Source of the DNA: a bacterium
GTDB lineage: Bacteria; Desulfobacterota; JADFVX01
NCBI GenBank assembly: GCA_032250935.1
Contig: JAVVFD010000003.1
Location: 1 to 58,099, forward strand
DNA: 58,099 bases
Direction of reading: 5' to 3'
Shown one piece after another: positions 49,260-58,099 of this stretch. The notes beneath the pieces are model-generated. The model saw only the letters and a list, made by a program, of their open reading frames with translations, ran no database searches and was not told where the DNA came from. A program made the translations under genes and the position numbers. Numbering within the stretch: the first letter of the stretch is position 1; every line of letters starts with the position of its first letter.

Positions 49260-52200
49260 GTGAAGCACGGAAAATCTGTAGCTATTGTCGGGGTTGGCGG
49301 CCTGTTTCCCAAGTCGCCAACCCTTAAACATTTCTGGAGCAATATCACGGGCGGCGTAGACACCTCGAGCCTTCCGCCCAGGGGTAGATGGCTGCTTGAG
49401 CCTGAGGATGTCTTTGATCCTGCTGTAGGCGCGCCGGATAAGATATATTCACAAAAGGGCTGTTTTATTGACGACGAGGCAGCTCAATCAGTGCCTGAGG
49501 GCCTGGATATCAGCCCTGAATTTTTGGGCGAGCTCGATCCGATGTTCGCACTTCTTCTAAGGGCCGGAAGTCAGGCCTTCTACGATGGAATCACGGCAGA
49601 TCTTGATAGATCCAGAACAGGCCTGATTATAGGCAACCTGGCACTCCCCAGTGAAAAGTCATCGGCCATGGCAAGGGAGTATCTTGGCCGAACCTTTGAG
49701 GAAAAATTGCTGGGCCCGGATTCCGGTTCCGGGACTAAACCGATAAATCACCTGAACCGTTATGTAGCCGGTTTGCCTGCGGGCATATTGGCCAAGTCTC
49801 TTAGTCTGGGCGGGACCTGTTATACACTGGATGCTGCCTGCGCTTCATCCATATATGGCATAAAGCTTGCCGCTGACGAACTGCTTACGGGGCGCGCCGA
49901 TGCAATGCTTGCGGGAGGCCTTTCAAGACCGGATTCACTATATACCCAGATGGGCTTTTCCCAGCTTCGCGCGCTTTCCCGTTCAGGCAGGTGCTCACCC
50001 TTTGATGCAAAGGGTGACGGACTGGTTGTTGGTGAAGGCTGCGGCATGTTCCTGCTTAAGCGAACGGAGGATGCCCTTAGAGATGGCGATAATATATATG
50101 CCGTCATCAGGGGGATAGGGCTCTCGAATGATCTGGGCGGCAGCCTGCTTGCTCCTGATTCTGAAGGGCAGCTAAGGGCTATGCGATCAGCCTACCAGCA
50201 GGCGGGATGGTCGCCATCGGACGTTGATATGATAGAGTGCCACGCCACGGGAACACCCGTCGGGGACGCAGTTGAATTTTCAAGCCTCAAGACCCTCTGG
50301 GGAGATGAGGGTTGGAGGCCGGGGCAGTGCGTCATAGGTTCGGTCAAGTCAAATATCGGTCACCTGCTGACCGCCGCAGGCTCGGCTGCCCTCATCAAGA
50401 CCTTGCTCGCCCTGAAAGATAAGACCCTTCCTCCCACTGCAAATTACTTAAATCCTGCAAAGGGCGTAGATATAGATGCCAGCCCTTTCAGAATTCTTGA
50501 TAAGCCGACTGAGTGGAAGCCAGGGGAAAAAGGCGGGCCAAGAAGGGCGGCCATAAGCGCCTTCGGCTTCGGTGGCATCAATGCTCATCTGTTGATTGAG
50601 GAGTGGCTACCCAAGAAAAGTACTCAAAGCTCGGTAGCCTACCACCCGACATTTGCGCAGAAAAATCAACCCGTGGCTATCGTTGGCATGGACGCCCATT
50701 TTGGCGAGTGGGATTCTCTTGATGCCTTCAGGCAGAGGGTCCTGGGAAGCGCCAAGGGAGAGAATGGTGAGGTTCAGCCGGGCCTGCCTACAAACTGGTA
50801 TGGCTCGGAATCAAGTCGCTGGTTTAAAGATAGCGCCCTTGCAGAAATGAAATTCAAGGGGTTTTTTGTGCCCGAGGTTTCATCAGTGCCAGGCGCCTTC
50901 CGCATACCCCCTAAAGAGCTTGAGGAGATGCTGCCACGGCAACTCCTGATGCTGAAGGTTGCAGGCGAGGCGATAAACGATGCCGGTCTTAAGGGGAAAG
51001 ACCTGCTTTTCACAGGTGTATTCATCGGTACGGGGCTTGATCTTGGCGCGACTAATTTTAGCTACAGGTGGTCGATACAAAAGGCGGCTCTTGACTGGGC
51101 TGAAAAGCTCGGACTTAAGCTTAGTGATAAGGAGCTTAAGGAGTGGATAGCTTCGCTTCGTGATTCCTTCGGCCCTGCCCTTACCGCAAACAGGACGATG
51201 GGGGCCCTTGGAAGTATAGTTGCAAGCCGGATAGCCAAGGAATTTCATATAGGCGGCCCAAGTTTTACGCTTTCAAGTGAAGACAACTCCGGCCTTAGAG
51301 CCCTTGAGGTAGGGATCAGGGCCTTGCAAGAGGGATCAATCAACCGGGCCATCGTAGGGGCTGCCGATATGGCGGGTGATATTCGTGCTGTTCTGGCGCA
51401 GCATGAGGCAAGGCCATATTCGAAAAGCGGCCTTCCCCGTCCCTTCGATAAAGATTCTGACGGCGCCCTGATTGGTGAAGGAGCGGCGGCGCTTGTACTT
51501 AAAAGGCTGGAAGACGCGAGACAGGACGGGGACAGGATATATGCGGTTATTAATGGAATAGGCACGGCCACAGGCGGCTCTGCAGAAGAGAGCTCTCCCT
51601 GTAAGAAAGTTTACGCTAAAGCCCTTGAGAGAACCTTTGCATCAGGCGATATCGCTGTAGATTCGGTGAGTTACCTGGAGACAAACGGCAGCGGATATCA
51701 GGCAGAAGACGAGATGGAGGCCAACGTTCTCGGTTCATTCTTCGCTGCAAAAAACAATGAAAACCCATGCTACATAGGTAGCGTCAAGGCCGATATAGGG
51801 CACAGCGGTGAGGCGGCAGGCATAGCATCAATAGTTAAGACCGCGCTTTGCCTTAGCGAGCAGATCCTTCCACCCATACGCAACCTTAAAACCTTAAGGT
51901 ATGAGTGGGTAAGAAGCAGGCGCGCATTTTTATCTCCCGCCTCTCCTCAGTTCTGGATGAGAAATCGAGGAGAGGGGCCGAGGCGGGCACTTGTCAGTTC
52001 TTTCGGCATTGACGGCAGTTGCTCGCACGCCCTTCTGGAGGGGTTTGAAGGGCAGCTGAAAACGGCATCAGTTCCTAAAACCAGCCAGCCGCTTGGCTCG
52101 TTGAAGGTCGGGCTATTTCCCCTGGAGGCGGATAGTTCCGCAGAACTCCTGTTGCAGATCGATAAGCTTGAATCATTAATTGTTAAAGACACGGCGAAGG

Positions 52201-55200
52201 GTATTGACGCGCTTGCGGCGTCCTGGCTGAAAGAGAGTTCTGTCGGGCAGTCAAAGGAATTATTTGCGGCAAAGAAGATAGCGCTGGCAGCGGTTGCAGA
52301 CAGCAAGGATGAGCTTCTTGACCAACTTGCCTTCGCCTCGAACTCCATTAAGGAGAGCCCCGGCAAGGCGATAGGGCTTGACGGCTCAATCTCCATCCCC
52401 TCACAGTTTAGAGATCGAATATTTTATAATCCTGAGCCCCTGGGATCAAAGGGCAAGATCGCTTTCGTATTTCCGGGCTCGGGGAATCACTTTGCCGGCA
52501 TGGGCAGGGAGCTTTCAGCAAGGTGGCCCGAGATCTACAGAAGTCAGGATGGAAAAAGCGAATATCTTGCCGGTCAGTTCCTGCCCCAGCATTTCTGGCA
52601 GAAGTCTCTTGCCGAGTCGATTCACGATGATCACAATCGACTCGTCATTGGGCAGGTGGCCCTTGGCACGGCAATTAGCGATCTGGCTCGCAGTTTTGGA
52701 CTAAAGCCTCAGGCGGTGATCGGCTATAGCCTTGGTGAGACGGCCGGGCTTTTTTCTTTTGCCGCCTGGCGTGACCGAGATGGCATGTCAAAGCGCCTTG
52801 GTGATTCCACCCTTTTCACGGAGGAATTGGCAGGTGAGTGCAGGTCCGTTGCAAAGACATGGGGTCTGAAGCCGGGCGAGAAGGTTGACTGGGTGATGGG
52901 GATTGTTGACACCCCGGCCGGGGATGTAAAGCATGCCCTTAAAGGAAAAAACAGAGCCTATCTGCTCATTATAAATACTCACAGGGAATGCATTGTTGGT
53001 GGAGACCGCATGCAGGTAGAGGCTCTCGTTGAAGAGCTGGGGTGTCACTTTATAGTTCTAAGGGGGGTAACAACGGTTCACTGCGAGGTGGCAAGGTCCG
53101 TATCCAAACCGTACCGTGATCTTCACGTTTTTGAAACCACTCCTCCCAAAGGGATTGATTTTTACAGCTCCGCCCTTGGAAGGCGCTATGAGCTTACCAG
53201 CGAGAGCGCAGCCGATGTGATACTCGGACAGGCCCTTGAGACGGTGGATTATACGAGGGTGATAGAACAGGCTTATGACGACGGTGTGAGGGTCTTTCTT
53301 GAAATGGGGCCGGGCAATTCATGCAGCCGCATGATCTCTTCGATACTTGAAGGCAGACCTCATATGACGCGCGCAGCCTGTTTTCCGGGTCAGGACGCAA
53401 CATCGCTCTTTCTCCGGTTTCTTGCGCGCTGCTCGGCAGAGGGTATTCCGCTCGATCTCGGCAAGCTTTATCCGGAAAATATGATGCATTCGTCTAAAGA
53501 AGAGGCAAGCCAGCGCATATTCACAACTATTGGCGGCAAGCCTTTTGATCTGCCCCTTCCGCTACAACCGAAGGAGGAGCAGACCGAGATCGAATCACCG
53601 ATTGCCGCTGGAAATCATGCAGCCAATTTCAAAAAGATCTACGCTGAAGCCGGGGCAGCTCAAACTGTGCCGGCTTCAGATGGCGAAGCTTCTTTTGTAT
53701 CCGAATTTGAAGAGGCAAGCCGACTGAAGCTTGAGGCCCACGAGGCATATCTCAGGTTTTCCGAAGCGACTACCAATGCCATGTTAGAGAGCGCCTCCTT
53801 GCAGATGTCTATACTGCAGAAGATGGTGGATGCGGGGGAGGAGATACCGGCAGAACTGCTTCAAGGGATAAGCGGTATAGCTCAGGCGACAACGGACGCG
53901 CCCGCCGCTCGGCAGGCTTCAAGGGAGATCGCCTTCGACCGTGATATGTGCATGGAGTTTGCTATAGGTTCTATCGCCAAGATGCTGGGACCCGAGTTTG
54001 CCGAGGTTGATACATACCCCACCAGGGTCCGTCTGCCCGACGAGCCGCTAATGCTGGTGGACCGCATCATAAGCGTTGAGGGGGAGCCGCGTTCCATGAC
54101 GAGCGGCAGGGTCGTAACTGAACATGACGTTACCGCCGACAGGTGGTATCTTGATGGCGGACGCATCCCCACATGCATTGCCGTAGAGGCCGGGCAGGCC
54201 GACCTCTTTCTTTCGGGCTACCTGGGGATAGATTTTATAGGGAAGGGAAAGGCCGTATATCGCCTCCTTGATGCGGTGGTTACCTTTCATCGCGGCCTTC
54301 CCGTTGTTGGCGAAGTGATCCATTATGATATAAAAATCGAGCGCTTTTTTAAGCAGGATAAGACCTATCTCTTCAACTTCAGCTTCGAGGGGACCGTAAA
54401 TGGCGAACCGCTGCTAAGCATGCAAAAGGGCTGCGCCGGTTTCTTTACAGAAGAGGAACTGGCCGCCGGAAAAGGGATAGTCCATACCAGGCTGGACCTT
54501 ATGGAACAGCCCGGGAAGCTCCCGGGCGACTGGCGTGAACTCCTGCCTATGGCTGTAGAGTCTTATGATGAAAGGCAGGTTGATGCCCTCTATGCAGGCG
54601 ATCTAAAGAGCTGCTTCGGGCCGGCCTTTGATATGCCGGAACTGGCGCGCCCCTATACCCTTCCCGGCGGCCTTCTTAAACTGGTAGACCGCGTCGTAAA
54701 GATCGACCCCAATGCGGGCCGCTATGGTCTTGGCCAGATAGTCGCCGAGATGGATATAGATCCCAAGGACTGGTTCCTCGTCTGCCACTTCGTTGATGAC
54801 AGGGTCATGCCGGGAACCCTCATGTATGAGTGCTGCATGCATACCTTGCGCATCTATCTGCTCCGTATGGGATGGCTAGGCCGGGAGGGGGAGACATGGT
54901 GCGAGCCTGTCCCCGGTGTCGATAGCGGCCTTAAGTGCCGCGGACAGGTAACTGAAGAAACCAGGAAGGTCACCTACCAGGTGAGCATTAAAGAACTGGG
55001 CTATATGCCGGAACCTTTTGCCATAGTGGATGCCCTCATGTTTGCAGACGGCAAGGCTATAGTAGAGATACCTAACATGTCTGTTCGCCTTTCCGGGCTG
55101 GATCGTAATAAGGTGGAGTCTCTCTGGAATGGTGTTGCCAAGCCTGTAGTTCCGGCGGAAACAGGCCCGAAAAAAGCACTGTATAACTATGAACAGATAC

Positions 55201-56264
55201 TCGCCTTTGCAGTTGGAAAACCTTCAGAGGCCTTTGGCGAGCCATATAAGATATTTGACGAGGGACGTAAAATAGCACGCCTTCCCGGTCCTCCCTTTCA
55301 GTTTATTGATCGCGTAACCTACATTGAGGGCGAGCCCTGGAAGCTCGTTGAAGGCGCAGTGGTTGAAGCGGAATATGATGTGCCGGAAGATGCATGGTAT
55401 TTCGGGGCAAACCGCCAGAAGGATATGCCATTTAGCGTTCTTCTTGAGACTGGCCTGCAACCATGCGGATGGCTCGCAGGGTATTTGGGCTCCGCCCTTA
55501 CAAGCCCCATAGATCTGTCATTTAGAAACCTCGATGGCAACGCCGTTCAGCGCCGCGCGGTTACTGCCGGGTCCGGCACGCTTACTACAAGGGTGAAGAT
55601 TACCCGCGTGTCGAGCAGTGGTGGAATGATAATTCAAAGTTACGACTTTGAGATATCGGACAGGTTTGGGCCGGTATATACGGGAGATACTGTATTCGGT
55701 TTCTTCTCGAAGGAATCTCTCGCCCAGCAGGTCGGTGTGCGCGATGCGATCCCCTATAAGCCGACAGATGATGAGATAGCAAGAGGGGAAGAGTTTGATT
55801 ATCCGCCTGATGCCCCTTACCCGGAAGATAAGATGAGGATGATCGACTCCGTCTCCCTCTTTGTGAAGGATGGCGGGCCTGAAGGCCTCGGTTTCATCCG
55901 GGGAATCAAAAAGGTCGATCCCGATGAATGGTTTTTCAAGGCCCATTTTTTTGAGGATCCAGTCTGTCCGGGCTCACTCGGCCTGGAGTCATTTATCCAG
56001 TTGCTGAAAGTGGTTGCCCTAAGACGCTGGGCAACAGGTGCAGCTACGGAGCTTGAAAGCATAGTCCTCGGCGAAAGGCATAAATGGACCTATCGCGGCC
56101 AGATTATCCCGGCCAACGATATGGTGACGGTTGAAGCGGTAATCACAGGCTTCGATGATGAGAGGAAGATGGTAAGGGCCGACGGCTTTCTCAGCGTAGA
56201 CGGGAAGATTATCTACCAGATGACTGATTTCACGCTAAGGGTTAGAACCTGGAGGAAAGTTTGA
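49260..56264 (+). CDS. pfaBC: PUFA synthase PfaB/C fusion (KS-CLF-AT-pseudoDH-DH-pseudoDH-DH)
   Basis: active KS DAACASS/HATGT, Cys-less CLF (SSEDNSGL), AT GYSLGE, FabA-like DHs CHFVDDRVMPG and AHFFEDPVCPG plus two His-less pseudo-DHs. Confidence 0.9.
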   Translation: MKHGKSVAIVGVGGLFPKSPTLKHFWSNITGGVDTSSLPPRGRWLLEPEDVFDPAVGAPDKIYSQKGCFIDDEAAQSVPEGLDISPEFLGELDPMFALLLRAGSQAFYDGITADLDRSRTGLIIGNLALPSEKSSAMAREYLGRTFEEKLLGPDSGSGTKPINHLNRYVAGLPAGILAKSLSLGGTCYTLDAACASSIYGIKLAADELLTGRADAMLAGGLSRPDSLYTQMGFSQLRALSRSGRCSPFDAKGDGLVVGEGCGMFLLKRTEDALRDGDNIYAVIRGIGLSNDLGGSLLAPDSEGQLRAMRSAYQQAGWSPSDVDMIECHATGTPVGDAVEFSSLKTLWGDEGWRPGQCVIGSVKSNIGHLLTAAGSAALIKTLLALKDKTLPPTANYLNPAKGVDIDASPFRILDKPTEWKPGEKGGPRRAAISAFGFGGINAHLLIEEWLPKKSTQSSVAYHPTFAQKNQPVAIVGMDAHFGEWDSLDAFRQRVLGSAKGENGEVQPGLPTNWYGSESSRWFKDSALAEMKFKGFFVPEVSSVPGAFRIPPKELEEMLPRQLLMLKVAGEAINDAGLKGKDLLFTGVFIGTGLDLGATNFSYRWSIQKAALDWAEKLGLKLSDKELKEWIASLRDSFGPALTANRTMGALGSIVASRIAKEFHIGGPSFTLSSEDNSGLRALEVGIRALQEGSINRAIVGAADMAGDIRAVLAQHEARPYSKSGLPRPFDKDSDGALIGEGAAALVLKRLEDARQDGDRIYAVINGIGTATGGSAEESSPCKKVYAKALERTFASGDIAVDSVSYLETNGSGYQAEDEMEANVLGSFFAAKNNENPCYIGSVKADIGHSGEAAGIASIVKTALCLSEQILPPIRNLKTLRYEWVRSRRAFLSPASPQFWMRNRGEGPRRALVSSFGIDGSCSHALLEGFEGQLKTASVPKTSQPLGSLKVGLFPLEADSSAELLLQIDKLESLIVKDTAKGIDALAASWLKESSVGQSKELFAAKKIALAAVADSKDELLDQLAFASNSIKESPGKAIGLDGSISIPSQFRDRIFYNPEPLGSKGKIAFVFPGSGNHFAGMGRELSARWPEIYRSQDGKSEYLAGQFLPQHFWQKSLAESIHDDHNRLVIGQVALGTAISDLARSFGLKPQAVIGYSLGETAGLFSFAAWRDRDGMSKRLGDSTLFTEELAGECRSVAKTWGLKPGEKVDWVMGIVDTPAGDVKHALKGKNRAYLLIINTHRECIVGGDRMQVEALVEELGCHFIVLRGVTTVHCEVARSVSKPYRDLHVFETTPPKGIDFYSSALGRRYELTSESAADVILGQALETVDYTRVIEQAYDDGVRVFLEMGPGNSCSRMISSILEGRPHMTRAACFPGQDATSLFLRFLARCSAEGIPLDLGKLYPENMMHSSKEEASQRIFTTIGGKPFDLPLPLQPKEEQTEIESPIAAGNHAANFKKIYAEAGAAQTVPASDGEASFVSEFEEASRLKLEAHEAYLRFSEATTNAMLESASLQMSILQKMVDAGEEIPAELLQGISGIAQATTDAPAARQASREIAFDRDMCMEFAIGSIAKMLGPEFAEVDTYPTRVRLPDEPLMLVDRIISVEGEPRSMTSGRVVTEHDVTADRWYLDGGRIPTCIAVEAGQADLFLSGYLGIDFIGKGKAVYRLLDAVVTFHRGLPVVGEVIHYDIKIERFFKQDKTYLFNFSFEGTVNGEPLLSMQKGCAGFFTEEELAAGKGIVHTRLDLMEQPGKLPGDWRELLPMAVESYDERQVDALYAGDLKSCFGPAFDMPELARPYTLPGGLLKLVDRVVKIDPNAGRYGLGQIVAEMDIDPKDWFLVCHFVDDRVMPGTLMYECCMHTLRIYLLRMGWLGREGETWCEPVPGVDSGLKCRGQVTEETRKVTYQVSIKELGYMPEPFAIVDALMFADGKAIVEIPNMSVRLSGLDRNKVESLWNGVAKPVVPAETGPKKALYNYEQILAFAVGKPSEAFGEPYKIFDEGRKIARLPGPPFQFIDRVTYIEGEPWKLVEGAVVEAEYDVPEDAWYFGANRQKDMPFSVLLETGLQPCGWLAGYLGSALTSPIDLSFRNLDGNAVQRRAVTAGSGTLTTRVKITRVSSSGGMIIQSYDFEISDRFGPVYTGDTVFGFFSKESLAQQVGVRDAIPYKPTDDEIARGEEFDYPPDAPYPEDKMRMIDSVSLFVKDGGPEGLGFIRGIKKVDPDEWFFKAHFFEDPVCPGSLGLESFIQLLKVVALRRWATGAATELESIVLGERHKWTYRGQIIPANDMVTVEAVITGFDDERKMVRADGFLSVDGKIIYQMTDFTLRVRTWRKV

Positions 56265-56361
56265 GTTCAATGAAAGATCTCCTTTCCTCAAAGCGACTTT
56301 TTTGCCCCTTAAAAAATTACTTCCAATACCTTATTTTAGTTATGCCTCAAAAATAATAGCT

Positions 56362-56919
56362 ATGAATACGCTTACAATATTTGTTATCGCCCTTGGTCTT
56401 GCCATGGATGCGTTCGCTGTTTCCATTACAAGCGGCATTGCAATTAAGCGGCTAAGAATCAGATATGCCCTGAGGATAGCCTTCTTTTTCGGAGCCTTCC
56501 AGGCGCTTATGCCGATCATCGGCTGGTTTGCCGGGCTGGGGATGAGAGATCTTATATCGGCCATAGACCACTGGATAGCCTTCATTCTCCTTCTTATTGT
56601 CGGATGCAAGATGATATATGAATCTACCGTTATGGATGAGGAAAAGGATGAGAGGGACCCGCTTAATCTCTACGTGCTTATTGTTTTATCTGTCGCGACC
56701 AGTATAGATGCGCTGGCAGTAGGCCTGTCTCTATCATTTATCAACGTTGCTATCATAGCCCCTGCGGCTATTATCGGGGTAATAACCTTCCTCCTTTCCT
56801 TCCTGGGAGTCTATATCGGTGACAGGTTTGGTCACTTCTTCGAAAGCAGGATTGAGATATTAGGGGGGCTTATACTTATCGGGATAGGGACCAGGATTTT
56901 GATTGAACATACGGCTTGA
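56362..56919 (+). CDS. mntP: manganese efflux pump MntP
   Basis: LAMDAFAVS, FGAFQALMP, DHWIAF, ATSIDALAVG; ATG 56362. Confidence 0.92.
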   Translation: MNTLTIFVIALGLAMDAFAVSITSGIAIKRLRIRYALRIAFFFGAFQALMPIIGWFAGLGMRDLISAIDHWIAFILLLIVGCKMIYESTVMDEEKDERDPLNLYVLIVLSVATSIDALAVGLSLSFINVAIIAPAAIIGVITFLLSFLGVYIGDRFGHFFESRIEILGGLILIGIGTRILIEHTA

Positions 56920-57036
56920 CCGGTTCTCCTCTTATACGTTACTGATAGATCTAAATCCTTAACATCCTGTTGATTCCGCCTAAAAAAGGCAGGAACTTCA
57001 GGCAGGTCAATCACGGGTAAAGACGAATATTAATAC

Positions 57037-57065
57037 TTGAAAAAAGGGTGTATTTATTTTAGTAT
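57037..57065 (+). promoter_or_regulatory. sigma70-type promoter of the carbonic anhydrase gene
   Basis: TTGAAA (57037-57042), 17 nt, TAGTAT (57060-57065); GGAGGAG RBS downstream. Confidence 0.45.
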
Positions 57066-57109
57066 CCCTGCATAAAAAATTAAGTATTAATTCAATTGGA
57101 GGAGTTTTT

Positions 57110-57883
57110 ATGAAAGGTTTATTGGCACTGTTTTGTTCGGTAATCATGTTTACAGGCGCAGCTTATGCCAGCGGCGCAAAAAAGGCGGATCATAAGGATA
57201 ATCAATGCGTGGGGGCAGGGCCGCAATCACCGAGGGACATAAGCCTTACAAAAGGTACTAACGATGTCCAGTTCAACAGCACTCCTGATTATAAGGATAT
57301 GAACCTCTGCAACGTGCATTTCCACAGAAACGCGGAGCACAAGGCTCCAGAGTATTCCACTTACGTAGCAGACGGCGACAATTCCGGTTGGGCCTGCAAA
57401 GAGCCCTCGGCTGCAAGACTTGCAAAGGGGAGCCATGTAGAGTATGAGCATTGTGAGGGGGTTCAGCCTGGCGATACGATAGAGGTTCACTGGGTCTACA
57501 CGAGCTGCGACACGGATGCCAAAGGAATAAAGCCCGGCGCCGGCTTGGGCGCCTGTATGACTGAGACATGTGCCAACCCCCAGCTCAGGGTTGAGGCCCA
57601 GGTCTTCCTTCTTGAAAAAGACGGCACGGTCAAGTTTAATGACAAGGAACCCGTTACACCAAAAGGCGACATCGTCAGATATACAGGTTCAACTACCGGT
57701 ACAAGCTACAGCAATGACCACTGCTCTCCATACCAGGTAAACTGGAATGTGAGATCATCATGCGAGACCCTCGACATTGATGACTTTGCCAAGTGGTGCA
57801 GCCACAATGAATACAACGATCATCATGCCCATGGCGTCAGGGAACTCGTAACGGCGCCTGAACTGCTGAGCACGATCAAATAA
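57110..57883 (+). CDS. secreted delta-class (TWCA1-like) carbonic anhydrase
   Basis: signal peptide (AYA), GPQSPRDI, NLCNVHFHRNAEHK, GDTIEVHWVYTSC, CANPQLRVEAQVF, YTGSTTG...CSPYQVNW. Confidence 0.85.
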   Translation: MKGLLALFCSVIMFTGAAYASGAKKADHKDNQCVGAGPQSPRDISLTKGTNDVQFNSTPDYKDMNLCNVHFHRNAEHKAPEYSTYVADGDNSGWACKEPSAARLAKGSHVEYEHCEGVQPGDTIEVHWVYTSCDTDAKGIKPGAGLGACMTETCANPQLRVEAQVFLLEKDGTVKFNDKEPVTPKGDIVRYTGSTTGTSYSNDHCSPYQVNWNVRSSCETLDIDDFAKWCSHNEYNDHHAHGVRELVTAPELLSTIK

Positions 57884-57912
57884 ATCGGCTTAAATAATTT
57901 TATTACGACAAG

Positions 57913-57941
57913 AAAAGGCCCCTTAATAAGGGGCCTTTTTT
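57913..57941 (+). terminator. Rho-independent terminator (target site of the intron)
   Basis: AAAAGGCCCCTTA-A-TAAGGGGCCTTTTTT. Confidence 0.92.
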
Positions 57942-57943
57942 AT

Positions 57944-58099
57944 GTGCGCCCGGCAGGGCGCAATCTCTTGGAGGTGAAAGTCCTCTATAGACCCGGTAAG
58001 GGGAATCCCGCTTTCAGCGGGACTGAACGGACAGGGCTTCTCTCGTGAGGGAGAGTCTGGAGGGAACCGAAGGCAAAGCACTGACCTGACGTACAGGAA
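57944..58099 (+). mobile_element. 5' end (domain I) of a group IIC intron, cut off by the window edge
   Basis: begins GTGCGCCCGGCA, then GAGGTGAAAGTCCTC, CTCGTGAG tetraloop stem, GAAGGCAAA ... CTGACGTACAGGAA; starts 2 nt after a terminator U-tract, the typical class C insertion site. Confidence 0.88.

Noticed and set aside
56265-56361. yybP-ykoY Mn riboswitch expected upstream of mntP
   Set aside because: The 97-nt AT-rich gap shows no such motif or structure
56965-57017. Alternative small hairpins with a repeated AGGCAGG after mntP
   Set aside because: Short and imperfect with no U-tract; not distinguishable from chance or a weak terminator
1-58099. CRISPR arrays, tRNA/rRNA genes, IS transposases, prophage or defence genes
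   Set aside because: No regularly spaced repeats, cloverleaf/rRNA signatures or such proteins were seen

Overview
Bacterial chromosomal window, probably from a deltaproteobacterium-like (Desulfobacterota-type) organism; this is inferred from gene content only. From left to right: (1) clpB. (2) A chemosensory locus with three stand-alone receiver/CheY proteins, a small Spo0B-hairpin-like protein, cheW, a chemoreceptor with a duplicated and apparently nested dCache sensor, an outer-membrane beta-barrel porin, and a lipoprotein that fuses the same dCache subtype to a CheD-like Cys-His domain. (3) An HPF/cold-shock fusion gene. (4) A complete nuoA-N complex I operon with two extra genes: an HTH-less cNMP-binding protein between nuoG and nuoH, and a CxxC-less DUF1858 protein after nuoN. 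(5) rho. (6) A minus-strand run of PBP1A, ubiA and a flavoprotein. (7) An AddB-like nuclease, an HDAC-family deacetylase and an M16 peptidase pair. (8) A 59-aa His/Cys protein missed by the ORF track, and a zinc-ribbon membrane protein. (9) A pfaD-pfaA-pfaBC PUFA-synthase cluster. (10) mntP and a secreted delta-class carbonic anhydrase. (11) The 5' end of a group IIC intron inserted directly after a terminator. The best candidate for an undescribed system is the porin + nested-dCache chemoreceptor + exported dCache-CheD lipoprotein module, followed by the accessory genes in the complex I operon. All calls come from motif recognition by eye; no database searches were run.
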